Shown here: positions 48,129 to 57,911 of the stretch, in pieces | Layout of the letters: the number at the start of each line of letters is the position of its first letter | Position numbering within the stretch: position 1 is the first letter of the stretch | Assembly (NCBI GenBank): GCA_965203225.1 | Contig: CBDBBW010000007.1 | Span: 423,574 to 487,573 of the forward strand | DNA length: 64,000 bases | Direction: 5' to 3' | Source: Bdellovibrionales bacterium | Lineage (GTDB): Bacteria > Bdellovibrionota > Bdellovibrionia > Bdellovibrionales > UBA1609 | Program-made: the position numbers and the translations under genes | Notes under the pieces: model-generated | The model's input: only the letters and a program-made list of their open reading frames with translations | The model's database searches: none | Told to the model about the DNA's origin: nothing

Positions 48129-51100
48129 TTACCAGCTTACAATATTAAGAAACCACATAGTACCTTCAATTTTATCGCCATTAGTAAAATAAACTCCACT
48201 GAAAACATGTCGTTTTCCTGTCATACTATCTTTTCCATAAAGACGCTTTTCACCACCGATAAGCCAAATCAAACATAAATTATCTTGATCTAACCAAGTA
48301 TTTAAGACATCTGTTTTAATAAGAGCATAAGAAGGATCTTTTGATTTAATACTTGGATTTTTGAAAATAGGAGTACCGTCATTATTTACCCAATATTCAA
48401 ACTGTCCGGGTAAATAATATAATTTAAGTTTATCAATCAAAATTTTAGTTGGTAAGTAGACTGAAATAGATTCATCTATAGAGTGATCTGCATTTCCACT
48501 TTCCCAACTGTATTCTCTGATTGGACATAGGTATTTAGTATTTGAGTCAATATTATACACTGATAAACTATTGAAATTATTAGCATATTCTTTATTACAA
48601 AACGGATACTCTTTTAGGAATCTATCTATTCTCCCTATGTTTACTGTATGAGGGTCACAAAAATCTTTATTTTTTAGTTGTGTATAAAAAGTGTCACGAT
48701 CTTTTTTAGGAATAAGTATAGCATTTATTCTAAACCAACACTCTGGTTTATAAAGTCCTTCTTCTTTTTTATTAGGATGTAATTCTTTTTGCTGAATTAC
48801 AAAACCATGAAGAACTGTCCATAAACTGTTATCTTTTGGTTCTCTTACCTGAAGAAGATTCTTAAAAGATAGAATAGTAGATTTTGACCTAAACCATTTT
48901 TCCTGTTGTTCAACATCTTCAGTAGTACATTCAAGAACATAAGGTTGCCACCACCATTCAGTGGAACTTGTTTCAAAATTAAGATCAGATTCTGTCTTTC
49001 TCAAATAAAAAGTTGGATCAATGTCTCTTATACTAAGTTGCCAAGGCCCTTGATATTCATTTTTATCATCATACCAATCGCCAATATAATGGACATTATC
49101 TGCTAAATGAGCTAATAATTTATGAAAAGCAATCCATTGATATTTTTTCCCAATTCTTTCTATAAGTTTTCCTTCTCTGTCCCTAGAACACATGAGTTTC
49201 TCAAATTTTCCAAACAACTCTTTTTTCCAACCCATTTCATATACCTGTTTACATACCCATCGTTTAGCCTGTTTACGACTAAAAGCAGCTGGTCTGTCAT
49301 TCATAAATTTATCATCAAATAACCATCTTTTCTCTTCTCTTTGTTTCTCATTAAGGGTTTCCATAAATTTATCTTTTTTTTCTGATGATTGACCATAATA
49401 CAAAGCTTTTTGTTGTTCACTTAATTTATCTACAAACTTTTTTTGTAGCTCTTTTCCAGTTTCAGGATGCTGTTTGGTCAAAGGAGTAGGTGAAAAAGAA
49501 TGAATACAGCTCATAGTATAAATTCCAAAATCTCCAGTAAATCCCATTAATGAGTAATGTACAGAACCATACTGCTTATCATCAACTAAAGCATCTATTT
49601 CTGAGTCCATGGGATTTTCAATGGGTACACTATTATATGGTGGACGAAAATTCTCTGGATTAATTTCACTAGAAAGCAATCCTTTATTATGTGTAAACTC
49701 TAAAATACATCGTGCATAATCTCTCAATAATATATGAGGCACAGGTTTTCCTTCCTTGAATATTTGCTCATAAGTTTTTTCTGCAATTCTTTTCATCAAA
49801 TTTTTGTCTTCTATATTCACAATTACACCATAGGTAATAGCATATAATCTTTCTAATACATAAAGATCATTCACTTTTAAAAAAGTATCCATTAACTCTA
49901 GTAAATGTTCTGGATGCTGTGATAGAATGATAATAGCTGACTTGGTTGCCTTATCTCTAACTTCCCTATATGAAGTTGTTGTAAGCCAAATCAATGTTAT
50001 TGCATAAAGTCTTGCACATTCAGCTTCAAGGTTACTTAAATTAGCAGAATAAGGCCAATCGATTAAGTTCTTTACAACTAATTTTTCATTATAATGATAA
50101 GAACAAGCTATATGAATAGACCAAAACTTATCTCTCTCATATAATTTTTGTTTAAAAAGTATTTTATGAAGAAAATCTGCATTCCATGGATGTTCAACTT
50201 CTGTAGATAAATTTAAAAGAATATCCAATGCAGGAGAAATAAAACTATTATTTGGAATTTTTTTTAGTAGTTCAAGGGTTCTATTAGTTAATGAGTCAGA
50301 AGAACGCTGTAAAATTGTATTAGTAAAAGAAATCTCTAAAAGCTCTTTCTTTTTTAGTGCTATTAAATACTGTTGATTCTTATCTATTTTTTTAATATAT
50401 AATCTTCTTAGAAAATTAAAGAGAGTGTTTATTTTAAGATAAGGTTTATGAAACTTCGTATTAATATCCCTCGTTTCTATGAGATCATATAATTCCATGT
50501 TAAAACACTTACCTATACAAATAGATAGCGCTTCAATAATTCCCACAAACAAATAAAATTTATTATCAATGAAAATATTTCCAATAAGAGTATCTTTTTT
50601 AAAATATAATTTTAAATTCTCGGATTTTAGAGGGTAATTTCTTTTAAATAAAACTTTAAAAATGTAATATTTGATTAGATTTACATTTTTTTTAAATTTC
50701 TTAGGTTTTCCTTTTATTTCTTTTTCAATCAAAGCCTCAGCAATAAAATAATCACTAAAACGCTCATAGGTAAAACGAATAATTGGACTATCTTTATAAA
50801 TATCTTCTGATAAAATTCCTTCATTTAAAAGATCATCAATTAACTCTTTTCCTTTTTCTCCATTGATACCAGATGATATTATTGTTCTTCTAGCTTCATC
50901 TATTGAAAGACCGTAAAGATTATTAGGAAATAATTTTAGAGCAAATAATTGTAGTGCCTGCAGAACTGTTTGTTTATCAAGTCTATATAGTTTTCTATTA
51001 CTGATGGTTTCTAAAATAGAATCTATATAAAATCTAAAAATATCTCTAATACCTCTTGACCCTTTTGGAAACTTATTTTCTCCTTTGATTTTAAGAGATT

Positions 51101-52685
51101 TACAACATATTTTTAAAAATAAAGGGTTAAAAAATTCTGGATTCATTATTGGAGTGCTTGGCACAAAAATACCTTGTTTTTCAAAATATTTATATACAGC
51201 TTTATGACCTGGGTCAGAAAACCCTATATGTTCTATTTCTACTACCAAATCTTTAATTTGAGGAGGTAAAAGATATTTAAGATAAGTGGAACGACAACTA
51301 AAAACAAAAGAAATATATGGATATTTTTTTAGCTCTATAATTAAACTTATAATATGATCTTTCCAAGACTCTTTGTGAGAGCCTTCATTAATAGCATCAA
51401 TAATAATCATTGTTCTTGTAGAATGAGCTTCTCCAAGTGCAGCTAAAGCTCCTAAAACCTCTTTATAAGAGTTACTATTTAAATCTAAAGAATCAGAAAT
51501 AAGTTTAAGAGGGTTATCTCCATTGTAATGTTGCCCTAAAAGAAATAGAGTTGGTAAATTTTCATCTAAGCGATTTAGGGTAATATCACATAGTAAATGT
51601 GATTTACCTACTCCAGCACCACCTGAGAGCAACATAGACTTTTTAGAAAAAGCCATCATGACTTCACTTGTTAAAAAAAGTGCTAACTCAGAATTGATAT
51701 TGCTGAATTCATTGAAATATCTTTTAATTTTCCTTTCAATTTCTGTTTTTGTAGGTTTAAATTCCGGTTTAATTTTTTGTTTTAAGTTATCAATAATTTC
51801 TTTTAACTGATTTGCATTTTCATACAAGAATTCTGCATTAATTACTTTCTTTAAAAGAATCTCTAAATTGAAAACAGAATCTTTTATAGGATTCCACCAT
51901 TCTTTTGTTAAGCTTTTATCTTCTTTATTGATAATATTTATCAAACTGCCTAACACTTTTAACCAATGGTTTTTAATAGAGCAAAATTTTAGATACCAAC
52001 TGGGGGTAAGACCTATACCTTCAAAATACTTTGAGATAGGGAGATCAATATTTAACTTTTGAGAAAATCTCTCGCCAAGTGATTGTTTAGACTTTTCTGT
52101 GATATCCTTAAGATGCTGAATTTGTAAAATAGGAGAGTTAAACCAATATAAGGCACGACCAGAGAAACGAGGGTCATCTCTGCTCAATATACTGAAAATT
52201 TCACTAGCTCCCCAAAATTCAAATTTAACATTCATACTCTTTGATTTTGCTATTTTTTTCCATTCTGCTATTTTTTTGTTCCATTTTTCTAACAGATCTT
52301 TTTTGTTTTCTTGCTTCCGATCTGTTCTATTTAATGGAAGACAAATATAGTACTTTTTCAAATTTGGATGTTTATTTAAAGCTGTTTTTACAGATTTAGA
52401 AATTTGTCGCCATTGCGGGTCGGTTATTGTATCTAAAAAGTATTTTGCCTGCCAAGCATGTTCCGAGTCATCTTTCAATTTCCAAAAGCACTCAATCCCA
52501 GCATCTCCGCCAGAACCTTCTTTTCTGATAAAAGATTCTGCACCTTCTGGACGAGATAATCGAGCAAGCTGGCAAATCAGTTCTTCAAAAGCATTGTTTT
52601 GACTGCCATTATGAGATCGGATTTTCTTAAAATCTATGTTGCTACCCATGAAATGAATTTTAAAAGAATCGTTTTTAACAATCAA
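48129..52685 (-). CDS. Mrr-like PD-(D/E)xK nuclease + STAND/NACHT-like P-loop NTPase + ~900-aa C-terminal region (Avs / bacterial NLR-like defence candidate)
   Basis: N-terminal nuclease-type motif FEELICQLA...GSGGDAGIEC-x13-WQAKYF. Walker A LLSGGAGVGKSHLL, Walker B MIIIDAINEG, then ISFVFSCRS and FTYERFSDYFIAEAL (a NACHT/WH-like arrangement). The long C-terminus is unassigned. The probable true start is the internal MGSNIDF. Confidence 0.7.
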   Translation of the reverse strand: MIVKNDSFKIHFMGSNIDFKKIRSHNGSQNNAFEELICQLARLSRPEGAESFIRKEGSGGDAGIECFWKLKDDSEHAWQAKYFLDTITDPQWRQISKSVKTALNKHPNLKKYYICLPLNRTDRKQENKKDLLEKWNKKIAEWKKIAKSKSMNVKFEFWGASEIFSILSRDDPRFSGRALYWFNSPILQIQHLKDITEKSKQSLGERFSQKLNIDLPISKYFEGIGLTPSWYLKFCSIKNHWLKVLGSLINIINKEDKSLTKEWWNPIKDSVFNLEILLKKVINAEFLYENANQLKEIIDNLKQKIKPEFKPTKTEIERKIKRYFNEFSNINSELALFLTSEVMMAFSKKSMLLSGGAGVGKSHLLCDITLNRLDENLPTLFLLGQHYNGDNPLKLISDSLDLNSNSYKEVLGALAALGEAHSTRTMIIIDAINEGSHKESWKDHIISLIIELKKYPYISFVFSCRSTYLKYLLPPQIKDLVVEIEHIGFSDPGHKAVYKYFEKQGIFVPSTPIMNPEFFNPLFLKICCKSLKIKGENKFPKGSRGIRDIFRFYIDSILETISNRKLYRLDKQTVLQALQLFALKLFPNNLYGLSIDEARRTIISSGINGEKGKELIDDLLNEGILSEDIYKDSPIIRFTYERFSDYFIAEALIEKEIKGKPKKFKKNVNLIKYYIFKVLFKRNYPLKSENLKLYFKKDTLIGNIFIDNKFYLFVGIIEALSICIGKCFNMELYDLIETRDINTKFHKPYLKINTLFNFLRRLYIKKIDKNQQYLIALKKKELLEISFTNTILQRSSDSLTNRTLELLKKIPNNSFISPALDILLNLSTEVEHPWNADFLHKILFKQKLYERDKFWSIHIACSYHYNEKLVVKNLIDWPYSANLSNLEAECARLYAITLIWLTTTSYREVRDKATKSAIIILSQHPEHLLELMDTFLKVNDLYVLERLYAITYGVIVNIEDKNLMKRIAEKTYEQIFKEGKPVPHILLRDYARCILEFTHNKGLLSSEINPENFRPPYNSVPIENPMDSEIDALVDDKQYGSVHYSLMGFTGDFGIYTMSCIHSFSPTPLTKQHPETGKELQKKFVDKLSEQQKALYYGQSSEKKDKFMETLNEKQREEKRWLFDDKFMNDRPAAFSRKQAKRWVCKQVYEMGWKKELFGKFEKLMCSRDREGKLIERIGKKYQWIAFHKLLAHLADNVHYIGDWYDDKNEYQGPWQLSIRDIDPTFYLRKTESDLNFETSSTEWWWQPYVLECTTEDVEQQEKWFRSKSTILSFKNLLQVREPKDNSLWTVLHGFVIQQKELHPNKKEEGLYKPECWFRINAILIPKKDRDTFYTQLKNKDFCDPHTVNIGRIDRFLKEYPFCNKEYANNFNSLSVYNIDSNTKYLCPIREYSWESGNADHSIDESISVYLPTKILIDKLKLYYLPGQFEYWVNNDGTPIFKNPSIKSKDPSYALIKTDVLNTWLDQDNLCLIWLIGGEKRLYGKDSMTGKRHVFSGVYFTNGDKIEGTMWFLNIVSW

Positions 52686-52980
52686 TTATAAAAAGTGTAC
52701 TTTCAAGAATTACTTTTTGTATATAGTAAGTCCCGCCGCCCCCATTTTCGAGCCAACAGTATATATGAGACCATTTTGTCCAAGGACATCCAATTTATAA
52801 AAGTCGTCTATAAAACCAGATTCAGTTTCTTCTACTATCTCTTGAAGCATGACTTATATATCTTCTTTGTAGTGAGACCAAGTGTTATCACTAGCTAAAG
52901 AAGTCTGAATAGCTTTATTTTCAAAGTATACTGTTTCATGATTTTAAAAAATCTCCTCTCACAAAAGGCACTCTTGAATA

Positions 52981-53353
52981 GCAATATCGCACAGAATCCA
53001 TTCAAATCTTTTCAAAAGAAATTGAAAAATTATTCAAGCCAAATTCAAATGCAACTATAACAGCAATTCCAAGTTCTAAACTAAAAGCACACCTTGAATA
53101 TGATAACCGATTTGAAGACTTATTTAAGGTGCTTTTAAAAACTCGTCCTCATTTGAATATTGAGTGGCCGGTTGAAATTCAAAAATTTATACACCCTGCT
53201 CACCAAAGAGGTTCTAGAAATCCAGAACATATAAAGAAAAACTACAGATGGAAAAGGTTTAAACACTCCTCTTTTGAAATAAATTCCTTCTTCCTATTTC
53301 ACATAGGGAATTTTTCCAAGAGCTATCCAATTACGGATAGTGTGAGGAGCTAA
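52981..53353 (+). pseudogene. startless gene remnant
   Basis: The frame is open after TAG 52978-52980 and has no start: QYRTESIQIFSKEIEKLFKPNSNATITAIPSSKLKAHLEYDNRFEDLF.... Its 3' end overlaps the opposite-strand HTH gene. Family not recognised. Confidence 0.25.
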
Positions 53354-53485
53354 CCCAAAGACAACCGCTAATTCCTCTACCGGTATTAAGTTGTCAAAGA
53401 ACTGATCTGAATTATCAGAACAGCTGGAACAACCAGCTTTTTTAAGCTTAAATCTTTTTGCTTTTTTTCCCCCAGTTTTTAACAT
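53294..53485 (-). CDS. excisionase/AlpA-type helix-turn-helix protein
   Basis: The C-terminal LIPVEELAVVFGLAPHTIRNWIALGKIPYVK matches the excisionase-family HTH pattern. 63 aa. Confidence 0.55.
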   Translation of the reverse strand: MLKTGGKKAKRFKLKKAGCSSCSDNSDQFFDNLIPVEELAVVFGLAPHTIRNWIALGKIPYVK

Positions 53486-53610
53486 TCTTATAAAAACTCC
53501 ATTTATGCCTTCAATAAACTTGCTTCTTATTTCTTATTTTTCTCCTTTCCATTTTTTATTTTCTTAATAAAATTTCAGTTCTTAAGCATTGCTTCTAAGA
53601 GATCGCATCT

Positions 53611-53916
53611 TCATTTCTTTTTTTTTGATTTAAAATACTGGATGATTTCCTTCTTGAAATTGAATACCCCAATAATTATAAGAAGACCTAAAGAAAACAG
53701 TGGATTAGATAAAATAATTTCCAAAAAACTGAAAAGTGTAAATAAAATAATGGAAATACAATTCAATACCACAAAACAGCCTAAAAGCTTTATACTAATT
53801 TGTTTGCTTGTGTCTTTTTCCGAAAAGCTTAAACTATAGTTTATCAACCATAAAACTTTTTTAACTGTGTAGTTTAGCATTTTTTTTATATTCGTCTTGT
53901 TATTTTTTTGTTTCAT
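53611..53916 (-). CDS. small membrane protein
   Basis: An AGGAGG RBS precedes the ATG (revcomp of tcctcctttatg). Two or three hydrophobic segments. No family recognised. Confidence 0.45.
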   Translation of the reverse strand: MKQKNNKTNIKKMLNYTVKKVLWLINYSLSFSEKDTSKQISIKLLGCFVVLNCISIILFTLFSFLEIILSNPLFSLGLLIIIGVFNFKKEIIQYFKSKKKK

Positions 53917-53935
53917 CTTTTCCTCCTTTATGTTT

Positions 53936-54453
53936 TTATTCTGCCTTTATGTAGAGAACTTTAAGCTCAAACATTTTATTCTTTTTAACTAATCGATTGT
54001 TGCCAACTGGAGTCCAGTGTTCTACAGCTTGACTTTTTTCCAACTGAAACAAATGCCACTATCCAAAAGAAACATAAGGCTTTATCTCTTCCGGTATGTC
54101 TTTTTTAGTCAGATAGTTTTTTCCTCCTGTGAGATACTCAATTCTTGAACCTTCATACATAAGACCAAATTCCTCTTCTAAAGACTTAAGCTTTTCTTCC
54201 CGCTATTCAGCTTTCTTTTCCTCATTAAAAACAACTAGACTTATAAGAGAGGTTATCAAACCAAAACTGGTTCCGTAAAAAAAGTATTCTTTGTTTTAGT
54301 TTAGCTTTGATTCAAACCATAACCTACCCTGCCAGCTATGCCTAAAGCTGTCATCCCATAGATTTTTTCACGATTAGATAACTTCAAATTCGAACAAGAA
54401 CTAGAGAAAAAAGTAAGAAAAACGGTTTGAAATAAAAAAATTCTTAATGACAT
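53936..54453 (-). pseudogene. decayed lipoprotein gene (multiple stops and frameshifts)
   Basis: AGGAGG RBS plus ATG at 54453-54451, giving MSLRIFLFQTVFLTFFSSSCSNLK...GYGLNQS*. Coding-like segments then continue in other frames (…EEEFGLMYEGSRIEYLTGGKNYL…HWTPVGNNRLVKKNKMFELKVLYIKAE*). Confidence 0.4.
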
Positions 54454-55095
54454 ATCACACCCTCCTTATTTTTGATTTCTTCTAATTGAGAGGACTTGTG
54501 TAATAATAAAGAATCTTTTTTTATAATCTCTTCTATTTGCTCATGTCCTTGAACAGGATTATCTAAAACCTCAAGGCATGCCCATTTCTCAATTCCATTT
54601 TTGCCCACTTTCCTTTTTTCTCCTCTTTTTGGACAGAGAAGCTTTTCTCCACATAACCCTTTATCATCTTCTTCCACTCTGTCCAGCATTCCCGTCAGAA
54701 CCTCTAAAACTTCCTCTTCTTCCTTCACTTCCAATACCAGAAACTTTTTTAATTTCCTCTAATTGAAAATCTAAAAGACTATAAGCCTTTAAATGAAAAG
54801 AGCAAGCTAAAATGAATATATCTCCTCCAGACTTTCCGTCTTCTCTTTTTTGAGCCTTTTGTCCTTTCAGAAAATTTTCAATGATAGAGTGCTTAGATAA
54901 AAACTCTGTTGCTATGACTGTTAAACTATGTTCGTTTGTTTGGATTTTTACCATATCCAAAATAACTTTTAAAAACCTCATAAACTCCTCTTTTGTTTTG
55001 GTGAAGGAGCATACGGAAAAAAAGAAAAAAGAAAAGAAAGAGACTGAAAGCCTCCTACTGCAGTGGGATTTTTCGCCAAAAATCCATACCACCAT
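54444..55095 (-). pseudogene. frameshifted ORF pair of unknown function
   Basis: ORFs 54664..55095 and 54444..54734 overlap by 71 nt in different frames and read as one interrupted product. It contains GGDIFILA, also seen in the remnant at about 61400. Confidence 0.35.
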
Positions 55096-55237
55096 GAGAT
55101 AACTGCAAAAAAATGCAGTTTTTCATCCCATCGCAATGGGATAAATCAACTAAAAAATCCCATAATGGGATAAGAGAACTAAAAATTTTTATTCAATTTT
55201 TAAATTGTGTCTCACAACAAATGTCTCAGTTTGAGAT

Positions 55238-55703
55238 ATGAAACAGAAAAAACTTATAAGAATACAACTTTTTATTTTTACACTATGGAAGGTGATGATT
55301 TTAAAAAAATATGTGAAACATCTAAGAGAAAATCTGAAAAATTAAAGAAAATTCATGATAAAATGAAAAGAAAAGATTGTTTTGCGTATGGGGTAATTGC
55401 AATTCGTAGATTGGATGCAAAGTCCAAAACAAAAATACTGGTACCCAAAATTTAAACAAAAAGGTGTTGATATGAGAATAGGGTTGGATATTGCAAGCAT
55501 TACAGCAAAAAAATTATGCTCTAAAATTGTATTAATATCCGGAGATACTGATATTATTCCTGCAATGAAAAATAGCAAGAAAAGAAGGTGTTCATGTATA
55601 TTGGCATAGCATGGATGATGGACGAACTGGATCAAATATAAACTTAGCTATGCACTCAGATGTAGTGATAACTAATAAACTACTCAAAACATTCAACAAG
55701 TAA
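55238..55703 (+). pseudogene. NYN/LabA-like domain gene broken by at least 3 frameshifts
   Basis: Joining frames gives ...KQKGVDMRIGLDIASITAKKLCSKIVLISGDTDIIPAMKNSKKEGVHVYWHSMDDGRTGSNINLAMHSDVVITNKLL, which is the NYN pattern (KGVD...D...vLvSGDsD..Pa....G..V). Confidence 0.55.
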
Positions 55704-56049
55704 GAAAAGAAGCTGTTTCTATCATCAGAAGCTTTGAGTTTAAATGAAATAAGAAATACTTAAGAAACTTAAAGATCTAAATAATAAATTCAATCTAATT
55801 TACAATCTCGCTGTGATTTACTTAAATAGAGTGGGAAACTGCGGGAAAATCTAGGAAAATTTTATACTTACTGCTCCTATCTTTAACAGTTTCACGGCTT
55901 AAAACTTCTTTTAATTCTTGTATCTAAATGATTTTAAAACGCACTTTATTAATATATTTAATCTGATATTGTTACAATTCAGCAAAATCTCACAACAAAC
56001 TTCATAAATGCCAGCGATTTTCTAATAAGATAGAAACAATGCCTAATTA

Positions 56050-57115
56050 TCAATGCTGAAAAAGAGAGGCAAAATATCGCAAACTATATTGTATAAGAGC
56101 TTTTCTTAGCTCTTCCTTTCCCCACTCTTTCTCTAGCTGTTTCAAAGAAGATAACTTCAAAATAGCAAAACCTAGCAAATCCGCTAGCATCTTCTTTTTT
56201 ACTCTCTTTTTTCCTATATGGCCTTCAATTATCTTCACAACCTTTCTCAGCTTTTCCGGATTCGCCCTAGCAAAACCTAGCAAATCCGCTAGCATCCTCT
56301 CTTCTACTCCCTTTTTTCCTATATAGCCTTCAATTATCTCCAGAACCTCTTTCAGCTTTTCCGGATTCGCCCTAGCAAAACCTAGCAAATCCGCTAGCAT
56401 CCTCTTTTCTACTCCCTTTTTTCCTATATAGCCTTCAATTATCTCCAGAACCTTTCTCAGCTTTTCCGGATTCGCCCTAGCAAAACCTAGCAAATCCGCT
56501 AGCATCCTCTCTTCTACTCCCTTTTTTCCTATATAGCCTTCAATTATCTCCAGAACCTCTTTCAGCTTTTCCGGATTCGCCCTAGCAAAACCTAGCAAAT
56601 CCGCTAGCATCCTCTCTTTTACTCCCTCTTCTCCTATACAACCCTCAACAATCTTCACAACTTCTCTTAAATCATCCAATGAAATTCTTATAAAAAAACC
56701 TCCCATTGATCTTCTTAATCTCTTTGTCACTCCCTCTTTCCCTAAATAACCTTCAAAAAAGGAAACGAGTTCTTTAAACTTTCCATAGTTTGAAACACCA
56801 AAATAGGACAGAGATTTTAACCTCTTTAGTGTATCTTCAACTCCTATTCGCTCCTCTAAATATTTTAATAAACTTCCTGTCTCTTCCGGCTTCCAACGCT
56901 TAAAAGATGACTTAACTTTCTCCTCCCATTTTTTATCGTATCCTGTAAGATTATACTCTTTCTCGTGAAGTCTTACATATTTTATAACATCTGCCTCCCG
57001 ATACAAATAAATCTTTACAGCTTGAGCTTAAACAAATCCCAGGAACACTCAAAAATAAAATAAAAAAGAAAACCTTAAACCAGGCATTTGAAAAACATCT
57101 TTTTAAAACAAACAT
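56050..57115 (-). CDS. tandem 35-residue helical-repeat protein; lipoprotein signal peptide is in a different frame (frameshift)
   Basis: There are about 5 near-identical 105-bp DNA units encoding RMLADLLGFARANPEKL(K/R)(E/K)VLEIIEGYIGKKGVE(E/K), plus degenerate flanking units. The ORF track starts at TTG 57006. ATG at 57115-57113 encodes MFVLKRCFSNAWFKVFFFILFLSVPGICLSSSC in the -1 register. Confidence 0.6.
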
Positions 57116-57239
57116 CTTTTCTCCTGCTTTGTTTAAAACATATAATCAAAACTAATTCTTATAAAGCTATTTCTATTTATAGGAAAATGTTTCCACTTAC
57201 TGTTCCTATCTTTAACAGTTTCACATCTTGAAACTTCTT

Positions 57240-57580
57240 TAAGAGAAAGTTTTGAAAAAAATACACAAGAGGTAAAAAGAGGGAAAGATTTTTTTAACAT
57301 ATCTGATCATTTAAGCGCAAGAGGAGATTTGCCTCGAGCAAAATGGTGGCTGGAAAAAGCGGCTAAACAAGATTTTGCTCTGGCTCAGTATAAATTAGCT
57401 AGGATGTATTCTAAGGGAGAAGGAGTGGAGCAAGATCTACATCGAGCAAGAGAGTGGTATGAAAGAGCGGCTAAACAAGATTTTGCTCTGGCTAAAACAA
57501 TCTTGGATAAGGTGTTTAAGAAAAAAGAGAAGAAAAATAAATCCTTCTTAAAAAAATGCTTAAATATATTCTTAGATTGA
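57240..57580 (+). pseudogene. 5'-truncated Sel1-repeat paralogue (linker plus 2 Sel1 units)
   Basis: LRESFEKNTQEVKRGKDFFNISDHLSARGDLPRAKWWLEKAAKQDFALAQYKLARMY... is collinear with residues about 260 onward of 57905..60556 and with 61450..62352. Confidence 0.6.
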
Positions 57581-57911
57581 AAAAGTTTTTTTCAGTTTAT
57601 ATTTCCTGTATCTTAAAAGTTACTTTGGAAAGAGAAACAAATAACACATAAAAGAAGCTGTTGAAACTATCCTGTCTGACAAATATATTTTTAACTTTGG
57701 CTTTCTCTAAAAGACGCAGTAAAAAAAGAAATAAGAGAGCAGTTAAGGTCTTACTGCTTTTTAAGCTTTGGAAAAGAATATACAAAAGAAATCATTTAAA
57801 GTTTAAACAGAGGTGTGTAATTTTTATTCATAATTTTACAATTATCTGGAATGATTTAGCAAATTATGGTAAAAAAACCATAGTTTGAATAAGAATCGGA
57901 GATAATGATGA
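57559..57911. repeat. 353-bp 5' cassette (intergenic region + RBS + ATGATG), copy 1
   Basis: Same length as 62356-62708 with only a handful of mismatches. A partial third copy at 63081-63233 carries an internal deletion. Confidence 0.9.

Larger units (their letters stand above)
43753..57240. mobile_element. tRNA-Asp-adjacent AT-rich accessory (defence-type) island, decayed; right boundary uncertain
   Basis: There is an abrupt by-eye drop in GC directly 3' of the tRNA. The content is RM, nuclease-NTPase, an excisionase-like HTH and many frameshifted genes. No integrase was found, so mobility is inferred only from context. Confidence 0.5.

Noticed and set aside
43753-57240. Prophage
   Set aside because: No capsid, terminase, portal, tail or lysis genes were recognised. 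The content is defence or accessory genes and pseudogenes only.
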